NCBI GenBank assembly: GCA_964276515.1
Contig: OZ193909.1
Location: 12,152,001-12,216,000, forward strand
Length of the DNA: 64,000 bases
From: Gordius albopunctatus
Lineage: Eukaryota
Reading direction: 5' to 3'
In this document: positions 13,172 through 24,100 of the stretch, piece after piece
Layout: every line of letters starts with the position of its first letter
Position numbering within the stretch: position 1 is the stretch's first letter
The notes under the pieces: model-generated
Told to the model about the DNA's origin: nothing
Seen by the model: only the letters and a program-made list of their open reading frames with translations
Database searches by the model: none
Program-made: the position numbers and the translations under genes

Positions 13172-14929
13172 ATGTTAGGTAAATATGAGAGAGGATACGA
13201 AGACATATTTGATAACCTGTCACTATTTAAAGATCACAATACGCACCTAGACCTAAATCCGTATATAAACAAATACATAAACAGAGAAAAACATAAAATT
13301 AACCCTAGCACATCACCTTTCCCCTCCACCCAAACTTACGATGGCAATGCCATTCCTGGCCCCAGTAATTCTCAATGGCAATCCGTCATCTCCGATACTA
13401 GTAGTTGGCTATTCAATTCTTCCCCACCCTCAAATGCCGACAAACATTTGGACGATACAAAGATTCACCAGGAAGAAGATCTCGTGGGAAAGTACAAATA
13501 TCAAGAATCAGGGTGCGACATCGGATATTATTTTACGACGGGGCGTAAAGGATCGTTTGACAACTTGCCCAACGCCGACAGTAGCGGTCCCATAGTGCAC
13601 GAGTGGATTTGTAACAATTCCCATAATAATAATAACGTTAATATTGATCCAATTACCACGCGTGGGACTAGGAGCGTAGATGTAATAAGGGAACATGAAA
13701 AGGGAGAAAGGCGTCAGCACCAGAAGAACGGTAAATCTTTGCCTCCGTATGCAAGGGGTGCCAAAGGAGGTTGGCAATCGGCCGCGGACATTTATTTACA
13801 GATTCACGACGAGGAAAAAATAAAGGAAGAAGCTATTAGGCATGGATCAACCGATAATTTAGACGTCAAAACCCAAAGCAATCGAGGAAGAAGCGGCTCG
13901 ACGACAATTATAACGGAAGAAACTGTCACGACGGAATATAAGAGAGAGATGAGAAAAGCAAGGAAAAAAGAAAACTCCAGCCATAAAAAGGAACCACTGC
14001 AAAATAAAGTAGCCGCTAAAGAGGGCTCAACGCCCAATTGCAATTATAGCGTGACGCGGAAAAAGGGTAAAATGAACGATAATTTATACGACAAGTCTCA
14101 AACTTACAAACGAGCAGCAGCTGCCGCCACGAGGAAAGATTCCGTATTAAACAGGCTAAACATCAGGTATTTGGTAGATCGTATTGCATCTGCAGATATT
14201 TACGGTAGAGCTAGGGGTTTAGTTGGAAGCAAAGCATCCGAAACATTGGAACACAATGATGGAAATGATATGAAAGGGAGCAAGGGTAAAAATACTCATG
14301 ATTGCGATGCGGGACCACATACGGTAAGTTGCGCTTTGTGCAATCACGACAGTGCTAATGAAAATCTAAACAATGAACGGACTGAGGTGCAGCGTTGCCT
14401 CGACAACGAGAAACTTAAAATGTACGAAAATCAAGGATTTCAAGAAGATCTGACGAATGAAGAAGGCGTTGATTCTTTTGACTCCAAAATAAATTTTTAT
14501 GATGAATGCGATAAGGGAGACGAATGGTACGTGAAAAATAACGAAAAAGCAAGAATTACTACCCTCCCGGATATGGAATATGAAAATTCCCAAAATACAG
14601 AAGGCATTCGAATAATTAGTCCTGACGTCAACCACTCTGATACCACGGCGATGACAACCGATTTGGATACGCAGGGCTTGGACGAAGACGGCAAACACGA
14701 CAACAACAATGATGAAGGGATTGATAAAATGGAACGTTCACAAAGAGACAGCAAAAAAATGCGGCGCAGCCCGAGGTTGTCTGCGTCACCGGTGAGTAGT
14801 AGATTCTTGGAGAAGGTCAGGAAATTCGATATTCCAAACGAAATTCTAATTAAAAATTACAAGCCAAAATCGAGATCTAAAAACTCCATTTACGAAGAGA
14901 AGGAAGCCTGCATTGACATCGAAATTTGA
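13172..14929 (+). CDS. Long low-complexity, disordered ORF (585 aa), probably the terminal exon of the ZP-N membrane protein
   Basis: Uninterrupted 1.76-kb ORF on the same strand 550 bp downstream, rich in S/N/D/E/K. A phase-compatible splice exists (G|gtaata at 12451/12452 to ttag|GT at 13178/13179). Ends ...CIDIEI. Confidence 0.65.
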   Translation: MLGKYERGYEDIFDNLSLFKDHNTHLDLNPYINKYINREKHKINPSTSPFPSTQTYDGNAIPGPSNSQWQSVISDTSSWLFNSSPPSNADKHLDDTKIHQEEDLVGKYKYQESGCDIGYYFTTGRKGSFDNLPNADSSGPIVHEWICNNSHNNNNVNIDPITTRGTRSVDVIREHEKGERRQHQKNGKSLPPYARGAKGGWQSAADIYLQIHDEEKIKEEAIRHGSTDNLDVKTQSNRGRSGSTTIITEETVTTEYKREMRKARKKENSSHKKEPLQNKVAAKEGSTPNCNYSVTRKKGKMNDNLYDKSQTYKRAAAAATRKDSVLNRLNIRYLVDRIASADIYGRARGLVGSKASETLEHNDGNDMKGSKGKNTHDCDAGPHTVSCALCNHDSANENLNNERTEVQRCLDNEKLKMYENQGFQEDLTNEEGVDSFDSKINFYDECDKGDEWYVKNNEKARITTLPDMEYENSQNTEGIRIISPDVNHSDTTAMTTDLDTQGLDEDGKHDNNNDEGIDKMERSQRDSKKMRRSPRLSASPVSSRFLEKVRKFDIPNEILIKNYKPKSRSKNSIYEEKEACIDIEI

Positions 14930-15193
14930 AAAGAAGCAACTTCCTTAGCCCCATTACTATCGCCATGGGACAAACTCCCGCCGTATAAATATTAAATAGT
15001 CACAAGCGAACAAACGGTGGAATCTAAAAATGACCGTTGTTAACAATCAAATTTATATCATGATTTATTATGTATGCGCAATGGCAAAATTCGCTTTTAC
15101 AAAATTATAATTTTTACGTAAATTTGTTTTCGTAATATATAAAATGTGGTACTAATAACAACGCAGTAGAATTGACAAATCTCTGAATAAAGG

Positions 15194-18100
15194 TCATTTT
15201 TTGATTAACGATTCGATCATCTCGACAACTTTCAATGCACAACCCCATGAAAGACTAATGCCGTTTCCCCCGTGTCCATAATTGTGGATAATTTTAAAGC
15301 CATCTTTAACCTCAATTTCGAGTCTCGGTCCATTTGGTCGGTACGGCCTTAGTCCAGCCCACTCGGTTATGACATGCGAATTCTATTAATTTGTTAAAAA
15401 GGTTGCGTATAAGTATTTTTATTATTTAAACCTTGAAATCAACATTATATAAGTTAAGCGGATGTTATACCAATTAAAATTTTATTTTCAATGTCACAAA
15501 TATTATAGAGTTGACGACAATATGTTTGCAAACATTGCGAGAAGGTGCGCAAAATCCCAATTTTTCTAATTTTGTGCCTTGCTCACACTAAAAGCCATGG
15601 CGTAGCCAGCATTGGAATTAGAGGGGGCAATTATAACTTAGGGAAGGGCAATATAATCCTCTTTTGAAATTTTGGCCATAATTTTAATAAATTGCAACAA
15701 ATTTTTCGATTCAGAGGGGGCAGACGTCCCTCCCTTGGTTACGCCCATGCTAAAAGCCATCTTTTGATTTAAAGTTTTTCGCCCATAATTATAATTATCA
15801 TTAAGTGACCCTTTACCACATATTAATCTATTTGTATAAACAACGCTTTTGATTAATCCGTTGCGCTTCATCACTCCTCCTCCGGGATCTGAAACATGAA
15901 ATGAGATTTAGACAGCTTCTGTAATTAAATTATTGTAGGAACTCACGTTTAACGCTAACTCAAGTATAACAATTATCAACCCCATTTTCAAATTATTCAC
16001 CACGCCTTTCGGATGGCAACCATTTAGCAAGGAAAGGCATTGCACTTTAAACTAAGCAAGAAATATACAAAGGGTACCACAAATTGTTATCAGGCAAGAT
16101 TATAATTGAGGGGGAAAGAGTATTTAATCATTATTTTAATACTTAATTTTTAAGCCTAAAATCCAATTCATGGTAAATATTACAACTTTCATAAGAGATT
16201 TATTGAAATATTTACACCATCTTTGTGGTTTTGGCGAGCCAAATTCAAATTGTTTTGTATTCTTTTGAGGATAATGTGACAGAGAATCCAATACAAGAAG
16301 TAATTGTTATTCTGTAAAACATGTCATCCATTCGATAAAAATTTGAAAAAATACTTTAAAAAATACAATTGTAATTTCAAGAAATAAATTTAAATCTAGG
16401 AAGTGTTTGTCGAGCGTGTGTTTCTAAGAATTCTAATTTCAAAACCATATTCTTTTTTAACAATATAAACTTTGAAATTAAGTTTTTCCATAAAATTCTT
16501 TCTCTGTTTTACCTCTTTAACTCAAACCTTTTAATTACTCCGATTGGAGGGTTGATATTTTTAGGTGCTAAATATATACCTCTGCAAAAGTTTTTCAATG
16601 GCCCAAATTGAGCCTAGAAATATTTCTAGTTTAACCCAAGCCAAGCCCCACATTTTTTAGATCCTAATCGTCGATATGGGTGAAGGGTTATCAATAAATA
16701 AAGCGCTTAATTACAAAACACCACACACTTTTGTACAAAAGGCCCAGGTATATTCGTTCCGAAATACCGAAATATGGTGATGTATATTGTCTAATATTTG
16801 GTCAAGGTGAAATTTCTTTATTATAAAAATGTTAAGATCCCTCAAAGGTATACATTTTGCAATTAAATCCCAACCCGACTTTCTGACCCGAGTCCGACCG
16901 GCATACATATAGTACCCAAAATTACCTCCTGCAAGTACTTATTAAATTTAACATTTAAAATACTCAAAACCTAGCAGCTAAACTAGTAAAATAATATAAA
17001 CTTCGTTTTTCCAACAAATAAGTAAATTATATGTAACCGTTTTGCAAAGTCGATTCGAATCAAATATTAGATTAAATTTCAATTCAAACCCCACCCAATA
17101 AATATATTTTTATTTTCGATCCAAACTCCATATGTTTTTTAGTTTTAAACTCAAGCAGAAGCTAATTCAGGTATTAAGTCACCCGTAGAGAAGGGCCCTG
17201 TGTTAACAAAGTCCATAGATAAAGGCCTTGGTAAATCAATCACCTAGATATTCGCCCAGGTCACTCATTCCACGATTTACTTGGGTCAAAAAACAACGCA
17301 AAGTTATGCGATTGACAAGGGGAAGAAAATGTTATAACCTTATATTATTATTCATATTACTATAGCTAATTTTATTACAGAGGATTTTGACCCTCGTAAC
17401 AATTATCACGGAAAACAAATGCTTAAAAATAGCCACATTTATATTACTCTAACTTCTCAAGAATTTCATATCATTATGCAGAGATGTTCAATTTTGTTAT
17501 CAATTTCACTTCCTTATTTTATTCGCATCTATACAACGGGTCATCCGTTAAAAAATAAACTCCGTAGCGCAGGCTTATATAATAATAAATTACTATGGGG
17601 CTTTGGACACAAAGTATACTTATTTTTGACCCTTAATATGAATAAATAATAACAAAATGAATAGGTTCTTTAACGAAATTATAAATTGTAACATTATTAT
17701 AACGGAGCTGTAAAAAGATTAAAACAATCTAAAACCTATTTTTTACCATTTACTAGGTCAAGGGCATTCAATAAATAAGTCTTTATTTGGAACTATTAGA
17801 TCTGAAGGAAACGAACGTTTTTTAAAATATTGTTGTGAATTATAAATTATAAAACGTTAAATCAAATCTAACACAGTACAAACAAGCTTAAAAATAGACT
17901 AAGCTCACACTCACACACTCAACAAACATAGGTTGAGGTTTAAATTTTTCTGCACATTACTTTCCTAACTAAATTAATTGTTTTAATTTATTTTCTATAT
18001 TACAATTACAAACTCTCATAATACTTAATAATTGCGAGGTAACTCATCTACACATAATATAAAACTATTAAATAAGTATGTTCGAAACAATTAATAAAGC

Positions 18101-21100
18101 AAAAATTGCGGCGCTTACTTTAACGCTAGGAACAAGTCTGGAACATCTTTTTATTATATCGCGCGTTGTTTCTGGTGAGGTTTGGGGATCGCTAACGTTG
18201 ACATCTCGCGTTCCTCCCAGAACAACAGCTTGTGTACTAGTTTTAAAAATAATAACTATTATAATACTGAAAAAAAATTACAATCAACCAAATTATTAAA
18301 AAAATGAATTGATATAAATAAGAAATCTAAATCAAATTAAGGCTTGCATAAATACCTAAATGCTAGTACCTAGGTATTATGTACGTGTTAAAATCATTTT
18401 CGTGGGAATCGTTGATGTACCAAAAATGCTTGATCCAAGGCGCATCAACCTATCGTTTAATCATAGATCTTACGCCTCTATGTAAAGTTAATTTATAAGT
18501 TACTATATAGGTTTATTTAAGGTAGTAATCTAACTTAGAATCTTTTTAGACAATAAACAATGTCAAATTTAATGATGAATCGCAATACTGTAGTTCTTAA
18601 TTTAAAAGCGGTGGGGTGGAAATTGAGTAGAGGGAGATGTCACTCGGTATTTAACCCTCCAATGTACTTATGGGGTCTAAGAAACCCCACGAAAGTTATA
18701 ATTTAACACCACTTAAAGAGTCTTAGATTTAGAGATTTGGTATTTTTAGAGTTTTCATAATTATGCAAAAGCTACATTTCCTGAAAATTTCATAGGATTT
18801 GCCTCAATACTCTTGGAGATATAAGCGTTTGGGGTCCTATAAACCCCATAAGGTCAATTAAGAAAGTTTTTTTTATTTTTCATCAAATTTTTTTTTATTT
18901 TTAACTTAAAAATATTAATTTAAGCATGTGTATAACATTTGGATCAATATCGCTAGTTATATTTGTTTATATTATAGAAAACAAGATTTTCGTGCAATAG
19001 GTGTCAAAACCCTGTTTGTGTTGATCACACTATAATATTTTTCGAAAATTGCAGCGAAAAATGCGATAAAAATTACCATTTTTGAGACTCTTCTATTTTT
19101 TTACTGTATAATCATTTTATCATGAATGCATGTTTTTTATATTTCTAACTATTTGGTCTCCATTACAAAAATAAAACATGTCATTTTGATTTTTATTCAT
19201 TTTCTTTGTGTTTGGTAAATTGCATATAATTTTAGAATTACTATTTATAATTAAATTATTTTTTTACAAACCTATAAGAGGCTTTAATAAACTTATATTT
19301 AAAATTTGAGAAGTGTTACTCTAATAGTGTTAAAATTATGATCATTTTAAGAATGGGGTTTTATAAACCCCATAAGTCACTTTAGGGTTGGGATTTCTAT
19401 AAGTACATTGGAAGGTTAAAGCAATTATAGCCCATATTTAGGTGAGAAAATAGAGATTATCTTTAAAGAAATACTAGGGCCTTCGGCCCTCGTGGGAAGG
19501 GGGAACGAAACTCATCTATACTCCGTATAAACGCAGCATATTTGCTATGCAATTTATGGGCGAGAAAGGGGGAAGGGGAGAGAATGCCTATAGGGGGGGG
19601 TATTAAATGCAAAATATTTGGGGTGACGGGCACATAGGATAAATATCAATGGTAACCAATTCAAAAACGAAAAAAAAATTTCGATTCACATTTTGGCCAA
19701 TGGTCATTTTTTTCATTGGTCAGCAGCCAGCACACGGTCAAAAAGTCATATTATCAATGGTATTAACAAGAACAACATATTAATTTAATTAAAAAAAAAT
19801 AAAAATTTTGCCCTTTACGGGATTCGAACCATCAATTAAAAATTTTCCCTCGCCTGGATTCGAACCCACATTAATAGAGGCATAAGCCTTTGAAGGGGCA
19901 CAGGTACCCATATCAGTAGATGCACAGGCCCTTGTAGGGGAGGGCATAGGGTAATTATCAATGTTAACCAATTCAAAAACGAAAAAAAATTCGATTTATT
20001 TGGCCAATAGTCATTTTTTTCATTGGTCAGTAGCCAGCGGAAGGTCAAAATGTCATATTATCCATGGTATTAACAAGAACATAATATTAATTTAATTAAA
20101 AAATTTTTTTGTCCCCTCCGGGGATTGAACTCGAACCTCCAAGTTAGAAAGTCGGTGTAAATACATTGGAGGGTAACGGACGGACAACGGACAACCAAAA
20201 ACGAGCCCATAAATTGCATAGCAATTAATTAAATCTTTTTACCTCTACAATGTTATCATTGTCTGATAGTCCTAAATTTGTCAAATTAATATCACTTTGT
20301 GAAACAAGATGGAGACAAAAACATAATTCGATTCAAAAATTTTATGAAGCTTAAGAAGCCATATTTTCTACACTAGAACAGATTTGTGAACGGGATAATT
20401 AAGAATCATCACCCAATGCAACATTATTACTTTCATCATTAAGGACATGTCACTTCTGGTCATCTCTGTACATGTTGGAGCAAGTATTAATTCTCATATA
20501 TTATAAATCTAAGCAATTATTTGCAAACTATTAACATTGACAGTAATCAGATGCCGCAATTAGATTAAAAGTACCCTCTAATTAGCGCCATCTATAGGCA
20601 AATTTAATTAGAGATTACCTATCTTTTTTAGCACGTGACTGATCCAATCTGTATATTCACTTTACTGCCCATCGGCAGCAGATTTCACAGATTTAAAGGT
20701 TAAGTCCGAGGCTGCAAAAATGGTTATTAGCCCTAAGAAATTTCAATGCAACATTGAAATACCGCAAAGGTAAGTCAAATCACTTGCCAGACACATTATC
20801 AAGATTGGGAAACGATAATGATAGCCTAATATACGAAGAGTTAAAAGGCGAAAACTTCGCAGAAGTAAACGTAATAACACAAAATTTCGGCGATGTCGAT
20901 CTTGCAAAATTAGTCAAAGAGGATCCAGACTTAATTTTGGTGTTAAATTACTTGATGGGAAAAGGTACGCTAGAAACGTTACCATCTACTTATCAAAGCT
21001 TAAAAAATGAACTGGAGGTCAACAACAACGTGTTACTACGCAACGAAAATATAGAAATTCCGTCTGTGTTGCGACCTCAAGTACTCGAATTACTTCATCC

Positions 21101-24100
21101 AGGGCATACGGGCAGAGCAAAGATGAAAGGTATAGCGAAAATACACGTCTGGTGGCCCAAGATATCACTACCGTGTTCGTGGGACAATGCGGAAAACTTG
21201 CCAGGACGCCAAGACCCATCAACAAAACACACCTGGATTTCTTTGATTTTGAAGGAAAATGATATATCATTCTCGTAGATGTGCACTCTAGTTGGGTAGA
21301 ATATAAACAAGTGAGCAAGTTATCTACGAAAGTAGTAGTCGATTTCTTAAAAAATCTCGCAGGTGCTTATGGACTACCACAACGGCACGGCTTTTGCGAG
21401 GGTCTAGTTTAAAGAATTTTGTAGTTAATGGGAAATACAGCATTTACTTACCCCTCCGTATCATCCGATTACGAATGAACTCGCGGAAAGGCACTGTGCT
21501 GTGGTGAAACGATGGTTGAAGAACGCTAACGTTGAAAGGGACGAGACATGGCTTTATTGACTATACCATAAGGTCGCACCAAGATTCCCTTCTCGACAAC
21601 CGGTTAGCGAGATATTTCTGGACCGTTTACCACACACGCTTGTACATACGATGTTACAATTCGTACAATTGGACACCACATCACATAGCGATTATAAATT
21701 TAAAATCGGTGATGCTGTATGGGCGAGAAATTATATTGGGAAGGAAAAATGGCTAGAGGCTAAGATCCTATCTCAGAAGGGTACAAAAATGTACGAGATA
21801 GAAGTACTAGATTCTCAGGGTAGACACGTGAAGCAGTTACGCTCTAGATTAATAAATAATCTTTTTATATTTTATCTAGATGGAATACAGAATCGAATGG
21901 GTGATCGGGGAAGAACGCTTGAGAGCGATAGCCCACGAACGAAGGGGGAGGCCGAGGCCTATCGTATTCGAGGTCCGAGAACGAAGGTCGATGGAACCCT
22001 ACGTGAACGTGCTCACGAAGACACCCGCACAGAGGAAATGGTGGCGGGTGGCATAGACGGGCAACGCGTCGGGAAGCAGCTACACCTAATTCGGGTAGGA
22101 AGGGCAATGCGGTATCCAGACACCGTGGCCAAGAAAATGTGGCCCCGCGCGCAGCCCGAACGACAACGACGCAACGTCCCCAAAATCGCGTGATATATTC
22201 CGAGGATCAGGCAGCAATAAGGCGGACCAGAGCCTTCTGCCGTGGATGCAGCCGCTGGCACCGAATGCCGATGTGTAGGCGAAGAATCCCGTCCGTTTCA
22301 GAAAGACAGGACAGGATGGTAGCGCCGGTAGAGTCGGTGGTTTTGATAGCGCCGGTAGTAACGATAGCGACGGCGGAGCCTGTAGGCGTGGAAGTGGTTA
22401 CGATGGATACCAGTCAGGTAGTGGTCAGCCCTTAGAAAGAAATGACCCTATTGGAGAATACTCCAGGGCGGGACAGTACGGACGTGGTGGTCCCTCAATT
22501 CGAAAGAATGAGGTGTAAGGATCCGTAACCATTCCATGCGTTGATTATATTTATAATTACCATTTTTATTATAAAAAATGTTCGATATCGTTTTTGTAAC
22601 GAGTAGACATAACAATGATGTTTGATCAGCTGTATTAATTTGCTTACCTAATAGCAATTTCGATTTGGGCACATCCAGTAAAATTTTTGTATGCATGAAT
22701 CAGAAATTCGGATCATATGAAATATTTAATTTGTACATATAAACATATGGATATCTATATATATAACGTAAAGTGTATGTATATATGTATGTAAGGGCTA
22801 AATTCTGAAACTACCGGCCCGATTCGCGCGAAACTTTACCCGTAGGTTCCCAGGGCGGCCAGGGGTAAAATAGCTTTTTCAGATTCCTAGAATTCCTTTT
22901 AGTTTTAAAAATATGGGCCTTTTAGTTTTAAAAAATGGCTTAATTCTGAAACTACCAGCTCGATCAGCGCGAAAATTTAGCCGTAGATGCCCAGGGATGC
23001 CATGGGTAAAATAGCTTTTTCATATTCCTAAAATACCTTTTCGTTTTAAAAATATCGGAAATTTCCCGTCCAGTTTAATTTATAGCAGCATATAAAATAA
23101 GACGTCATACATACAAGGCTGAAGTTTTCTCGAATTAGATATTTAAAATTATAATAAAAATGTTACAGTATACGGTCAAAATTATTGGGGTTTAATCAAC
23201 CATTTAATTGTCCCCCATTCAACCAATCACAAAATGGGGGACCTTTTTTAACCGGGGCACATTAAATTGGGGAGATGGTTTTCGGAGGGTTGAGGGGCCA
23301 CCTATCATTTCAAAATCCCACATTATGGGCAAGCATTTGTTTAGACATGCAAATGAACCGTTACAGATTATTTTACATCATAAATTATTAGCATCTAGCC
23401 AATATATTAAAGCCGTTCCAAACTATTTATATGTTTGAGCTTGTAATATCAGCAAAAGTAATTAAAATTATCATTTTGACATGGGCCATAAGGGCAAAAG
23501 ATTTTTTAGAGCGTGAAATTGAAACGTTTAATAATAAAGATCATTTACGATTGGCAAGTAACCAATATAGTAAAGACATTCCAAAATATTTAGTGAGATG
23601 ATATAATTCTCCTTAAATATACAATTAAGTCTAATAAATAATATAAGATGGTCTATGAGTAAATATAAAACACATGCAGCGCGTAATATTAACATATCTT
23701 CAAGCTTGTATTTAAGAATTAAAATTTAAACAAATTTATATTTATTATTGTAAATCAATTTCATCATATAACGGGGCATCGTGACCTTGTAAGTGCATAT
23801 AATTAGAGATGGCATCAACATATGGAAATAGGGGCACAGGGTTAGATTATTTGTATATTGAGCTATAAGACGATTTATATGATAATTTATAGAAGCGTAT
23901 TTTTTATTTGTTTCATAGACTCTCTTGCCCTGAGAGATCTGTAGCAAATCAACATTAGTTTTTTCTTGCAGGCCTTGCAGGAAATCAACAAACACATAAA
24001 TAGTAGGGTGGGTTTGTTTAAGCCCACTTCTAAGAGCGTTATGAAACCCTTCCAGGTGGTTGTTGGTACGGGGCCCCTCTGCATCAAGCCTTTGCCAGAT

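Noticed and set aside
13341..14754. Several short overlapping ORFs within the 585-aa ORF
   Set aside because: Alternative-frame or antisense shadows with no motifs.
15150..15196. Stop-codon readthrough creating a cryptic PTS1 on DDO
   Set aside because: The extension ends in RCY, which is not an SKL-type tripeptide.
18078..18299. 73-aa plus-strand ORF
   Set aside because: Antisense shadow of DDO exon 7.
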